A stretch of 64,000 bases of DNA from an uncultured delta proteobacterium (GTDB taxonomy: Bacteria > Desulfobacterota > Desulfobacteria > Desulfobacterales > B30-G6): assembly GCA_963823335.1 (NCBI GenBank), contig CAWGLD010000006.1, forward strand, positions 64,001 to 128,000, written 5' to 3'. Made by a program: the position numbers and the translations under genes. Below the pieces are notes generated by a model that was not told the DNA's origin, searched no databases, and saw only the letters and a program-made list of their open reading frames with translations. Shown in pieces: positions 28,838 to 38,839 of this stretch. Position 1 is the stretch's first letter. Each line of letters starts with the position of its first letter.

Positions 28838-30355
28838 TCAGGTATTCATTACCAGACTAGCCGGATCGAAGTCGGGATTTTTCGGTTCAACTCCCCATTC
28901 TTTTTCCACTTCAGTCACAAACCTTCGTAAATCAGCGGCTACGGACTCAGAAAGAGGTGTCGGTTTATGGTTGACTAATATATCTTTGACCTTTGCATTG
29001 GCCAAATCATAGGGGTCGGGTTTTCCGGCATTTATCCAGGTGGTTCGATTCATGCGTTGAAAAAATTTCGGTCTGCTTTGTGTCCGCATATATTTCAGGG
29101 TCATGGGTGACATTAGAAAATCGGACTTGGAGCCCCCTTGCCTAACTTCATCCACACATAATGTCTCATCACTGACTTCGACCCCACCAAGAAAATACTT
29201 TACCATATCAATTATGTCGCTATCTAATAACAATTGGGCATAATCCACAACCATGCCACACTCTAACATTCCTGCTCCGTATAAGACATTGTTCCCTGAC
29301 ATTGCCGCAATGAGAGCTGTTAGAGTTTTTTCATGGCCGGCTTGTGCCCCACCGGCGATATTGCTATCCGTCTACGTCCCGCCGCTCCAGGAGGGTACTT
29401 TGTAAAACTGGGCCATTTGGGCGTTCATGGCGGCAAATAACGCCATTTCCGGAGAACCCACCGCAGCTTCGGCACTTTTTAGATCCATTGATGTCGTTGA
29501 ACTGCTGCAAATCACCGGGGCTCCGGGACGCACAGCTTGGTGCATCACGACACAGGCGAGAAATTCGGCATTTTGAACAGCCTGGGTGCCAGCCAGGGTA
29601 ATCGGACTGGTAGCGCCCGAGAGCGCCATCGTTGTAAAACGAACAGGAATGCTGAGTTCGGCGGCCTTCATGCCAATTTCGCAGCAATGTTTGACCAGGC
29701 GCAAAGGGGTAACCGGGCAGGTAGAGGCGCATATCAGGGGGTTATCCACCAAGGTATCTTCTCCACCGGCAATGATGGCTGACATTTGATAGATTTTTTC
29801 CAGACACCTCCCGTCACCGGGTCCTAAGCTGACCGGTTTGTCCGTGTTATTTACAAGTGCTTCATAATTATGGAGTGTATAGGTAACAGGGTCTACATCC
29901 AGAGAAGAAACAGGTCGATGACAAACGCCATAGGCATCCAGTGCATCCATCAATCTTGCTCCGGCAGCCAGATCTTTTTTGGTCGAGTCCCTGATTTTAC
30001 CGGTATTGATATCCACAACACTGACACCTTCGCCAAATGAGGTGAAGGTTACCCTTTTACCTTCCATGATGTAACTTTTATCATGGTTACGTGCGCCCAG
30101 CGTAATTCTGGACGGCGCTGTTCTTATGGCTTTTTCTACAAGGTAGTGAGGTATTTTGACTATTTTTTTGTCGATATCTACACGGCAGCCGATGGAATGG
30201 AAGAGATCGATGGCGTCATCATCTTCCACATAAACACCGGTTTTTTCGAGTATTTCAAGGCTGGCATAGTGGATATCGGTAATCTCATCGTCGGACAATA
30301 CCTTGAAATCAATACCTTTGATTTGATATTTGCCGCTGCAAATGGCACGATTCAT
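28838..30355 (-). CDS. mttB: Trimethylamine:corrinoid methyltransferase MttB, 505 aa, in-frame TAG (pyrrolysine) at codon 328
   Basis: ORFs 29372-30355 and 28838-29302 share a frame and are joined by one TAG (29374-29372) plus 23 sense codons: YKVPSWSGGT-TAG-TDSNIAGGAQAGHEKTLT, the Pyl context of MttB; AGGAGG RBS. Confidence 0.9.
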
Positions 30356-30980
30356 ATTTATCCTCCTTTCACATGGTAATGGTTTTCGGTGTGCGCCTTT
30401 AAAGCTGGATGCTTATCTCACGCGAACCGTGCCACAACTTCCGTATTAAATCTATGGCTTAGCAAAGAAATGCAGCATCGTAGCTGTTGTTTCCCCCGGT
30501 GTATATTATGTTTGAATCTGATGTCAAGTGTTAGTTTTAAAATGATAATGAACATAGAGATAAAAAGGGAAGACAATCATATTTATGGAATTTAATGGAT
30601 ACGAATATTTGTTTTCAATATACTAGATTAATTAGATATAAAAATAGTACAGAATATGTAAACCAGATCTTTCATGTCTGCAAGCGCGTTGCCGCGAGGG
30701 ATTGAAGCTACCCATTTCCAGCTGATTAATTACCTATCGAATCTGTCAATCATCACTAATACGAACATTAATCAATTTAGCTGCATTTTTTTTGACGACA
30801 AATGCAAAACAACCCCTGCATTAACCTGCCTTAAAGTATTGACACGATTCAATATATTTTATATCGTCAACAGATTGTGGTTATGCATATGTTTATGAAA
30901 CGCGTCGTTCTCGCTTATATGGTCAAAGATTTAACATCCTGCTTGCAGGCAAATTTTCTATCCTTAAAGGAATCTCCAAT

Positions 30981-31724
30981 ATGAGCACCCTTCGGATAAA
31001 AACCATCTTTGCTGTTTCTGTTTTGTTATGTAGTCTTTATGGTATTGTTCTAGTGTCCGCCGCCATGGCCGACACCCAATATGTTTCAGAGTTGTTGATT
31101 ATTTCGATCAAAGAAAGCCAGGATCCTGATGCCGCTGTGACAGGGTATCTGCGGTCCGCCGACCCGGTGGAGGTCCTGGAAGAAACCGAAGAATTGATGC
31201 AAATTCTGACAGCAGACGGCACCCAGGGATGGGTCAGAAAAAAATTCATTGTGAAAGAAAAACCCAAAGCCGTCATCATCAGTGAACTCGAAGAAAAAAT
31301 CGCCCTGCTGGAGGACGACATTAAAACCCTCCAGGAAGGATCTGACACGCAGGGGTTAATGAATACGATCAAGGAGAACAGACAGCAGATTGCAGCCCTG
31401 ACGGCATCTCTGGAAAATGAAAAGAAGACATCATTGAGCTTGAAAGAGAACCTGACCCAGGTCAACACCTCGTATCAGGATCTTGAGAACACGCACAAAA
31501 ACGACGCTGGCAAGATAAAAGAACTCGCCTCTATTAAAAAAGAACTCGCCTCCATTAAAGAAGAAAACAAAGCCCTGAAAGATAAAATAGCAGCCATGAC
31601 GCCCACTGATTCAACCCCCATGCTGTCGGGAAACATGAAATGGTTTCTCATCGGGGGCAGTGTTTTGCTTTTGGGTTTTCTCATCGGAAGGTCCATCAGG
31701 GGAAACCGGACGCATCGGTATTAA
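30981..31724 (+). CDS. SH3-domain, coiled-coil, C-terminal-anchor protein (TIGR04211-like)
   Basis: Signal peptide, DGTQGWV SH3 motif, coiled coil, WFLIGGSVLLLGFLIG anchor. Confidence 0.85.
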   Translation: MSTLRIKTIFAVSVLLCSLYGIVLVSAAMADTQYVSELLIISIKESQDPDAAVTGYLRSADPVEVLEETEELMQILTADGTQGWVRKKFIVKEKPKAVIISELEEKIALLEDDIKTLQEGSDTQGLMNTIKENRQQIAALTASLENEKKTSLSLKENLTQVNTSYQDLENTHKNDAGKIKELASIKKELASIKEENKALKDKIAAMTPTDSTPMLSGNMKWFLIGGSVLLLGFLIGRSIRGNRTHRY

Positions 31725-31729
31725 AATTC

Positions 31730-31778
31730 AGCCATAAGCAATAAGCAGCTTAGCGCTTAATGCTTATGGCTTATAGCT
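31730..31778. repeat. Inverted heptamer array between convergent genes, possible bidirectional terminator
   Basis: AGCCATAAGCAATAAGC...GCTTAATGCTTATGGCTTATAGCT. Confidence 0.6.
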
Positions 31779-31801
31779 CAATAACCGATCCCCCTGATTT
31801 G

Positions 31802-33106
31802 TCATTTGATCAAGCCCGGCAGAAACAGAACAAGTTTCGGGAATATCATGAGTATGAAGATACAGAGAAGATAGGCAGGCAGAAAATAGGTCACACCCTT
31901 GAATACATCTTCCAGGGGCACATCTTTTGCCATGCCGCCGACCACATAAGTGGTAGCCCCCACGGGAGGTGTGACAGCACCGAGCGTTGTCACCACGGTA
32001 ATGGTAACCCCGAACCAGATGGGGTCGTATCCAAGTTCCATGGCTACAGGAAAGAAAATAGGGATTGTGATCAAGAGCAGTGCCAGGGCATCCATCACCG
32101 CACCACCCACAATATATATGGCAAAGATAATTGCCATGATGGCCATGTCAGGAACCGGCAAGCCTACAACCCAGGAGGCGATGTCATAGGGTATCCGGGT
32201 TACCGCCAGAAATCGACCGAATATCATGGCACCGGCCACGATAACGATCACCATACAGGAGACCCGGATGGTATCGGTGATGGCCCTCAGAAAACCCTCC
32301 CAACTGAGTTTTTTCTGAATCACACTGAGCAGGACGGCGAAAAGAGACCCAACGGCACCGGCCTCGGTGGGTGTAAAAAAGCCGAAATAGAGACCCATCA
32401 TCACCAGCATGAACAGAATGGCCATTTCAAAGGCACCCGAGAGACCCTTTATCTTTTCGACAAAGGTGGTCCTGGGTCCCACCGGCCCCCAGTCCGGATG
32501 CATTGTGCAGACAACATAGACCGTCAGAATCAGCAAAACCGCCAGAACAACTCCGGCACCGATTCCGCCGTAAAACAGGCGGGCAATGGACTGTTCAGTG
32601 GAAAGCCCGATGACGATCAGCACTACGCTCGGCGGTATCACGACACCTAGTGTCGAGCCGCATGCTATCGCTCCTGTACTCAGACGTGAATCATAGCGGT
32701 ACTTTTTCATCTGGGGGAGCGCTACCGTGGTCATGGTGGCTGCAGTGGCTGCATTGGAACCGCAAATAGCTGAAAACGCCGAACAGGCCATGATGGTGGC
32801 CATGGCCACGCCGCCACGAATCTGGCCCACCCATTGATAGGCCGCTTTGTACAGTTTCTCGTTGACACCCGAATAAAATGCGATCTGCCCCATGAAAATA
32901 AACAAAGGGATGACGGTCAGGCCATATTTGGAAAAGGTCTCCCACAAAACGGAGCCCAGCATGTTCAATCCTGCCTTGAAAGAGATAAGATAGCAGAACC
33001 CGCAGAATCCCACGATGCCCATGGCGAAGCCCACAGGAGTACCGAGCAAGAAGAGCATCAACAAGAGGATGACGATGCCGAGGATACCAATAGCAGCTGG
33101 CGTCAC
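31802..33106 (-). CDS. dctM: TRAP transporter large permease
   Basis: IPLFIFMG, SAICGS, IPPS, FTPTEAG, TPPVG; GTG start overlaps the dctQ stop. Confidence 0.93.
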   Translation of the reverse strand: MTPAAIGILGIVILLLMLFLLGTPVGFAMGIVGFCGFCYLISFKAGLNMLGSVLWETFSKYGLTVIPLFIFMGQIAFYSGVNEKLYKAAYQWVGQIRGGVAMATIMACSAFSAICGSNAATAATMTTVALPQMKKYRYDSRLSTGAIACGSTLGVVIPPSVVLIVIGLSTEQSIARLFYGGIGAGVVLAVLLILTVYVVCTMHPDWGPVGPRTTFVEKIKGLSGAFEMAILFMLVMMGLYFGFFTPTEAGAVGSLFAVLLSVIQKKLSWEGFLRAITDTIRVSCMVIVIVAGAMIFGRFLAVTRIPYDIASWVVGLPVPDMAIMAIIFAIYIVGGAVMDALALLLITIPIFFPVAMELGYDPIWFGVTITVVTTLGAVTPPVGATTYVVGGMAKDVPLEDVFKGVTYFLPAYLLCIFILMIFPKLVLFLPGLIK

Positions 33107-33594
33107 GATTCTGCCTCCTTGGTGGAAATGAGCTGTTTTAAGAAATCCGTAAGAAGAATCAATGCGAGCACCCCACACCCAAGGGCGACCGCATACGTGA
33201 ATGGGTAGTAGATGATTCTGAGGGTTTCCGTGACTTCACCGGTACTTCTGAGGGTATTGGCTTTTAATGCCAGCTGCCAGCCGGCCAGGATAAAAAATAC
33301 GGAACACATAGCATTGTTGACTGCCGCAAGAACCCAACGGGTCTTGGGAGGAAAGACATTTACCAGTACATCCACGGCAATATGGCCTTTTTTGATCTGT
33401 GTGTAGGCCAAGGCAAAGGCTGTCAAAAGCGCTCCTGAAAATCCCATCAGTTCATATGTCCCGCTGATGGGCACCCAGAACATACGAAAAACAATATTGG
33501 CACATGTCAACAGAACCATGACAATCAGAACAAGGCCCGCCAGAAACGTCAGTATTTTGTTAAGGTACGCTGTAATCTTCGTTAAATAGTTCAT
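33103..33594 (-). CDS. dctQ: TRAP transporter small permease
   Basis: Four TM segments, GHIAVD. Confidence 0.92.
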   Translation of the reverse strand: MNYLTKITAYLNKILTFLAGLVLIVMVLLTCANIVFRMFWVPISGTYELMGFSGALLTAFALAYTQIKKGHIAVDVLVNVFPPKTRWVLAAVNNAMCSVFFILAGWQLALKANTLRSTGEVTETLRIIYYPFTYAVALGCGVLALILLTDFLKQLISTKEAES

Positions 33595-33603
33595 GATACA
33601 TCC

Positions 33604-33682
33604 GAAGCACGAAATTCGAAATACGAAACAATACTCAATGTTTGGATTTGTTTCGTATTTCGATATTCGAATTTAGAGTTTT
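33604..33682. repeat. Inverted heptamer array (CGAAATT/ATTTCG type)
   Basis: CACGAAATTCGAAATACGAAAC...GTTTCGTATTTCGATATTCGAATTT. Confidence 0.7.
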
Positions 33683-33698
33683 CTTTCGGCCGTACGTT

Positions 33699-34724
33699 TT
33701 ACTTTCCAGCGTGTTTTGCGGTGAGCGCTTTGATGTCGTTCACAATGGCTTCACCGGGATAGCCCTTTTCCGTAGCACTTTTGATCCAGTCTTCAGTCAT
33801 AAAGGTAAGTTTGGCATCCCATTTGGCTTTCTCTGCAGAAGACAGGCGGATGAATTCCACACCCTGTTCTTTTTGCGACCATGCATTGGCCTCTTTCACG
33901 TGATTGTCCATATACGTGCCCGTCCAAAGGGCCTGCTCCACACGCAGGTTTTCAATCACTGCCTTGACATCATCGGGCAATGCATTCCATTTTTCGATAT
34001 TCATGACCACCGCAAATGGATAGATGACCGTATCGGTTTGGGTAACATATTTACAAATTTCTGCAAATTTAAAATCTTTCATGACCTCCGTGGAGGTAAA
34101 GAGACCCTGAACAACACCCTTTTGCAGGGCTTCGGGTGTTTCAGACATGGGCATACCTACCTGGTTGGCACCCCAGGCTTTAAGGATCTGGGCCGCCCCA
34201 CCAGAGGCTCTTAAGTCCAGGCCTTTGATATCATCAAGGGTTCTTACCGGTACTTTGGACATGATATTGGCGGGTGCTGTGGTAAACATGGTCAGGACCC
34301 GGACCTTGGCAAAAGATGTGGGCAGGTATTTCTGATAGAGATCCCAGAGTACCAGACTACCGGTTTTAGCATCGGGCAATCCCAATGGAAGGCTGGTGGC
34401 GTTGGTGGTGATAAAACGGCCGGGCTGATAGGCCATGCAGAGGCAACCGATATCTGCCGTTCCGGCGATGACACCGTCCATCATGTCCATGGCACCCAGG
34501 AGGGTTCCACCCGGGTATGTGTTGATGGCGACTTTGTTGGCAGTTCTTTGCTCAACTTCCGTTTTCCAGCGTTCCATTTGAACACAGGGAAATGTCGGGG
34601 CCGGTGGAAAATTGGCATAGCTGAGTTTTATGGATCCGGCCAGCGTCATTGTCGGCGTCAAAAAGGTCGCGACAAGGGCAGCAGCAAAGAAAATGGTGCC
34701 TAAAAGAACAATATTTTTCCTCAT
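33699..34724 (-). CDS. dctP: TRAP transporter substrate-binding protein
   Basis: Signal peptide, YPGGTLL, LDLRASG, ALQKGVVQG. Confidence 0.93.
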   Translation of the reverse strand: MRKNIVLLGTIFFAAALVATFLTPTMTLAGSIKLSYANFPPAPTFPCVQMERWKTEVEQRTANKVAINTYPGGTLLGAMDMMDGVIAGTADIGCLCMAYQPGRFITTNATSLPLGLPDAKTGSLVLWDLYQKYLPTSFAKVRVLTMFTTAPANIMSKVPVRTLDDIKGLDLRASGGAAQILKAWGANQVGMPMSETPEALQKGVVQGLFTSTEVMKDFKFAEICKYVTQTDTVIYPFAVVMNIEKWNALPDDVKAVIENLRVEQALWTGTYMDNHVKEANAWSQKEQGVEFIRLSSAEKAKWDAKLTFMTEDWIKSATEKGYPGEAIVNDIKALTAKHAGK

Positions 34725-34762
34725 GATAGATCCTCCTTTTGAGATTAGAGATTTGTTCTAAA

Positions 34763-34908
34763 TAGAAGCCATCTCAAAAAAAGGGTTTTGGCTCAAGTTC
34801 AAGGCGGGCCCGAACTTCAACCCGCAGGCATACTCAAGTATTCCGAGGAGTTGAAGCAAGGGACCAACACAGAAATTGGGCTAAAAAACTTTTTTGAGAT
34901 AGCTTCTA
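34763..34908 (+). mobile_element. 146-bp MITE-like element, copy 3
   Basis: Same TIRs and interior as copy 1. Confidence 0.9.
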
Positions 34909-34930
34909 ATGTGTTATTTTAAGTTACCTC

Positions 34931-37255
34931 CTAGCACGGCTGTTCTTTTTCGGTCAGGGGGTCGATGCCGCAGGAGTCGATACCTTTTTTCTTTTTTATC
35001 TCAGCCAGCACTCTCTCAGGTGTTATGGGAAGATCCGTAATCCGCACACCGATGGCGTCATAGATGGCGTTGGCAATTGCCGGGGCGGTGGGCACACAAC
35101 CTGGTTCGCCGATTCCTTTGGCCCCATAAGGCCCGTCCGGGTCAATGGTTTCAATGACCACAGGTGTCAAGGGGAACGCATCCTTGGCGGTAAGTATTTT
35201 GTAATCGCGAAAATCAGGATTCATGTTACGTCCTTTTTCGAGTATCACCTGCTCGGTGAGGGCATAACCGACACCCATCATAACCCCCCCATGGACCTGG
35301 CCGTCCAAAAGCATGGGATTGATGGCCCGGCCAACATCATGGGCAGCAACATAATCGAGAATTTCAACTTTTCCGGTTTCTTCATCTACCTTCAACCGTA
35401 CGCCGTGGGTCCCGAAGGCATAGGTCATGGAAAGGTTTCCCCGAAAATCTCTACCCATGTTTTCATTTGCGGGATCATAAAAATAATCGGCCATCATCAT
35501 GGTACCGCCGTGGCTGAAATGAGCCTTTCGAAGCAGTTTGGCAATCGAGATGCTCTTTTCGGGATCGTCCTGGACAAACACATGCCGATTTTGAAGACGG
35601 AGTTTAGCTTGTGGTACACCCAGAGCCCCGGCACCCATTTCTAAAATACGGGTCCTGATTTTTTCTGCAGCTCCAAGTGCGGCATTTCCCGCCACAAAAG
35701 TCGTCCGGCTGGCGTGGGCACCTACATCCCAGGGACAAATGTCACTGTCGTGATGAATAACATGGATATCGTCAACCTCAAGACCCAGGTGTTCAGCTAC
35801 TATTTGGGCCAGCACCGTATCGGCACCCTGCCCCATGTCCGAGGCGCCTGTAAAAACATCGGCTTTCCCGAAGTCATCCAGCTTGATAATTGCACCGCAG
35901 CCATCGGATTTATATATTCGGGCGCCACCCCCGACATGAATTAAAGAAGCGATCCCTATACCTTCTCCTGCAGCTCTGGGTTTATCAAGGTGCAATGCCT
36001 TTTCAACCGCGTCAATACATTCCGGTAAACCGCAGGTGGTAATTTTAAACCCCTGGGGCGTTTCGTCTCCGGGCTGATTGGCGTTGATCCGTCGGATTTC
36101 CAGGCGATCGATACCAGCGGTTTCGGCCAATATATCCATGGCGCTTTCGATGGCAAATGTAGCCTGGGGATTGCCATAACCCCGCATGGCCTGGGAATAG
36201 GTATTGTTCGTGTAAACACATTTGGCCTCGTAACGAACATTGGGCACTCGGTAAAGAGATGTGATCGGCATCATCATCACCGATGGCGTGGTAACACCCC
36301 AGGAGGTATAAGCGCCATTATCCAGCACCATATTTATATCCCGGAACAGCAGACGACCCTGGGCGTCGCAACCCATGGCTATGTCGATGATGGTTGGCTG
36401 CCGGGTGGATGTGGCCTTAAACTCCTCATCCCGGTCAAACAAGATTTTCACCGGTCGGCGGGCCCGCCAGGCCAGCAAAATAGCCACATGTTCATAAGCA
36501 TAAGTGTCAAGTTTGCTGCCAAAGCCTCCCCCGATAACAGGCTTGATGACCCGTACGCGTTTATCAGAGATTCCCAACGCCTTGAGAGTCTCTTGAAAAT
36601 CCTTTTGCGCAAGGGATGGAATCTGGGTGTTGGTATGGATGGTTAGGTTGTTGTTATTGTCAAAGTCAGCGATGGCACCGCTGGTTCCAAGACAGCAGTG
36701 GGTGACCCATGTGGTTGTGAAGCGCTTTTCAACCACATGGGCAGCCTCTTTGCGAGCACTATTTACATCACCGTAGTGCAGCTTCCATGGCATTTTCAGA
36801 ATGTTCGTTTTATGGTTTTCGTGCACCAGTGGTGCGTCGGGTTGCATGGCCGTTATGGGATCGAAAACAGATGGCAGGGCCTGATACGTCACCTCGATTA
36901 AATCGATGGCCTGCTTGGCAATTTCCGGATCCGTTGCTGCCACGGCAGCTACTTCATCCCGGTAGGATCTCACCTTGCCGGCTTTCAAAGGAGGATTGTC
37001 TTTATAGACACCCATGCGGATATTGGGAATATCTTTCCCGGTGAGTACAACCCGAACACCACTGAGTTTCTCTGCTTCGGATGTATCAATGTTGACGATT
37101 CTGGCGTGCGGGTATTTGCTGTATAATAGTTTACCATAAAGCATGCCGGGTAGTTTGACATCCTGAATGTACTGAGCACGTCCCGTGGCCTTGTCAACGG
37201 CATCCAGTTTGGGCACCCGTTTGCCAACCGTTGAAAATTCCTGTTTTGTTTCCAT
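34931..37255 (-). CDS. Xanthine-dehydrogenase-family molybdopterin subunit
   Basis: IGGGFGSK, AMRGYGNPQ, DMGQG, ASRTT, GAKGIGEP. Confidence 0.93.
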   Translation of the reverse strand: METKQEFSTVGKRVPKLDAVDKATGRAQYIQDVKLPGMLYGKLLYSKYPHARIVNIDTSEAEKLSGVRVVLTGKDIPNIRMGVYKDNPPLKAGKVRSYRDEVAAVAATDPEIAKQAIDLIEVTYQALPSVFDPITAMQPDAPLVHENHKTNILKMPWKLHYGDVNSARKEAAHVVEKRFTTTWVTHCCLGTSGAIADFDNNNNLTIHTNTQIPSLAQKDFQETLKALGISDKRVRVIKPVIGGGFGSKLDTYAYEHVAILLAWRARRPVKILFDRDEEFKATSTRQPTIIDIAMGCDAQGRLLFRDINMVLDNGAYTSWGVTTPSVMMMPITSLYRVPNVRYEAKCVYTNNTYSQAMRGYGNPQATFAIESAMDILAETAGIDRLEIRRINANQPGDETPQGFKITTCGLPECIDAVEKALHLDKPRAAGEGIGIASLIHVGGGARIYKSDGCGAIIKLDDFGKADVFTGASDMGQGADTVLAQIVAEHLGLEVDDIHVIHHDSDICPWDVGAHASRTTFVAGNAALGAAEKIRTRILEMGAGALGVPQAKLRLQNRHVFVQDDPEKSISIAKLLRKAHFSHGGTMMMADYFYDPANENMGRDFRGNLSMTYAFGTHGVRLKVDEETGKVEILDYVAAHDVGRAINPMLLDGQVHGGVMMGVGYALTEQVILEKGRNMNPDFRDYKILTAKDAFPLTPVVIETIDPDGPYGAKGIGEPGCVPTAPAIANAIYDAIGVRITDLPITPERVLAEIKKKKGIDSCGIDPLTEKEQPC

Positions 37256-37330
37256 TCCTTATCCGTTCCTTTGGTTGTATATCAAGAAAGGTTGCATTTT
37301 TATCTCATCTGGAAGCACATCAAAATCAGG

Positions 37331-37837
37331 TCAAGTTTGGTTCTTCCAGGCTACGACTTTCACATCCTGTGACCCTTTATCTACAGCGGCCTGGATGGAT
37401 TCGAATATCTGGGTATAGCCGGTACAACGACAAAGATTACCGGCCAGAGCGTGTTTGATGTCGCCCAGCGCGGGAGTCGGGTTTTCATCCAGAAGAGCCT
37501 TAGACGACATGATCATGCCCGGCGTACAAAACCCGCATTGAATACCGCCGTGTTCCACAAATGCACGCTGCAGCGTGTGCAGAGTGCCGTCTGCGCCCGA
37601 CAGTCCTTCAATGGTCGTCAAGACCCGGTCATTGACTTCTGCCGCCAAATACAGGCAGCTGTTGACAGCCTGGCCGTCGATAATGACGGTACAGGCACCG
37701 CATTCGCCACTGCCGCAGCCCTCTTTGGTTCCGGTGAGTCCCATTACCTCTCTAAGCAGATAAAGCAAGGTCCAATGATCCTCTATCTCCATCTGGATAT
37801 CATTACCGTTTAGATTGAACTGTATCTTTGTGGACAT
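37331..37837 (-). CDS. Xanthine-dehydrogenase-family 2x[2Fe-2S] subunit
   Basis: GCGSGECGACTV, QCGFCTPG, GNLCRCTGY; GGAGG RBS before ATG 37837. Confidence 0.94.
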   Translation of the reverse strand: MSTKIQFNLNGNDIQMEIEDHWTLLYLLREVMGLTGTKEGCGSGECGACTVIIDGQAVNSCLYLAAEVNDRVLTTIEGLSGADGTLHTLQRAFVEHGGIQCGFCTPGMIMSSKALLDENPTPALGDIKHALAGNLCRCTGYTQIFESIQAAVDKGSQDVKVVAWKNQT

Positions 37838-37897
37838 GTACAAACCTCCAAGGAATTTGAAGTATGTCGCAGCAGGCAAAGAGGAATGCGCTGGCTG

Positions 37898-38779
37898 CTA
37901 ATATTTTTCTTCGATTCGCCTTAGGCACAGCATACCCATTCTTCGAACAAACACAGACACCATTTCACGGCGGTACCAGGCTTGTCCACGGGTGCTGTCT
38001 CGTACCCTGGATTCTTCGGCTGCGATTTTTCCAGCTTCAGTCAGAATATTTTCATTTAGCGCCTTGCCCATGAGAAATCGCTCGGCGCTGAGGGTTCGCA
38101 GCGGAGTGGGTGCGGCTACCCCTAGACAGATTCGGGCTTTTCGACAAGTAGCTGTATCCTGATCCAAGGTCAAGACAATACCCACACCGATAAGGGGTAG
38201 TTCCATTGCAGCCCGCCGGCCGAGTTTTTGATAAGCGCCGCCGGTATGAGGGGGCTGGGGTGGAATGACAATTTCAGTCAGGATCTCACCTGATTCCATT
38301 ACGGTTTGCCCCGGCCCCTCAAAAAAGTGAATCAGATCCACAGTTCTTTCACCGTTTGGGCCATATATTTTAGCCACCCCGTCGAGAGCGATCAAAGGAA
38401 TGGCACCGTCTGCCGACGGTACGGCGTTGACGAGGTTGCCGCCGATAGTGGCCACATTTCGAATCTGCGTAGATCCTATGTGCTGCACAGCATCGTGGAT
38501 GATGGGATATTGATTTCGGATGAGAACGGAGTTTTCCAGGGTTCGGTGAGTTGCCAAGGCACCGATAATCAGTTCATGAGTGTCCGGATTGATCTGCACC
38601 CGTTCCAGACCCGAAAGATGTTTTAAAGAGATGAGATAATCAGGGGCGATCTTTCCTTGTTTCGCCTTGACGATTACATCGGTTCCTCCGGCCACGTACA
38701 TAACGCGATCACCATGGGACTCAAACAAGGACACCGCTTCATCGAGTGTTTGGGGCACAAGGTAAGTAAATGTTTTCAT
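37898..38779 (-). CDS. Xanthine-dehydrogenase-family FAD subunit (no HcrB-type 4Fe-4S insert)
   Basis: AGGTD, QIRNVATIGGNLVNAVPSAD with no Cys-rich insertion. Confidence 0.92.
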   Translation of the reverse strand: MKTFTYLVPQTLDEAVSLFESHGDRVMYVAGGTDVIVKAKQGKIAPDYLISLKHLSGLERVQINPDTHELIIGALATHRTLENSVLIRNQYPIIHDAVQHIGSTQIRNVATIGGNLVNAVPSADGAIPLIALDGVAKIYGPNGERTVDLIHFFEGPGQTVMESGEILTEIVIPPQPPHTGGAYQKLGRRAAMELPLIGVGIVLTLDQDTATCRKARICLGVAAPTPLRTLSAERFLMGKALNENILTEAGKIAAEESRVRDSTRGQAWYRREMVSVFVRRMGMLCLRRIEEKY

Positions 38780-38839
38780 ACGTTCCTCTATACATCACGT
38801 TGGGATAGATTGATATCAGTTAATCCGCAAACTATCATT

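Noticed and set aside
28838-30355. mttB as a nonsense pseudogene or as two genes
   Set aside because: The single TAG falls at the Pyl context and both halves are intact and in frame.
30419-30436. Sigma-54 promoter for mttB (TGGCACGGTTCGCGT on the minus strand)
   Set aside because: The -24 element is good but the -12 reads GT rather than GC at the required spacing, so it is too weak to call.
30360-30980. tRNA-Pyl or cobalamin riboswitch in the AT-rich spacer
   Set aside because: No CTCTAAA anticodon loop, cloverleaf or B12-box recognisable by eye; a covariance-model search would be needed.
31518-31559. 21-bp tandem duplication (KELASIK x2)
   Set aside because: A single heptad duplication in a coiled coil, which is ordinary.
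37259-37333. Possible selenocysteine read-through of the TGA ending the 2Fe-2S subunit (23 more sense codons to a TAA just before the Mo subunit)
   Set aside because: The domain is already complete, the TGA is not at a known Cys position, and I see no convincing SECIS hairpin.
34931-38779. 4-hydroxybenzoyl-CoA reductase (hcrCAB)
   Set aside because: The FAD subunit lacks the Cys-rich 4Fe-4S insert of HcrB, and the context fits a hydroxylase.
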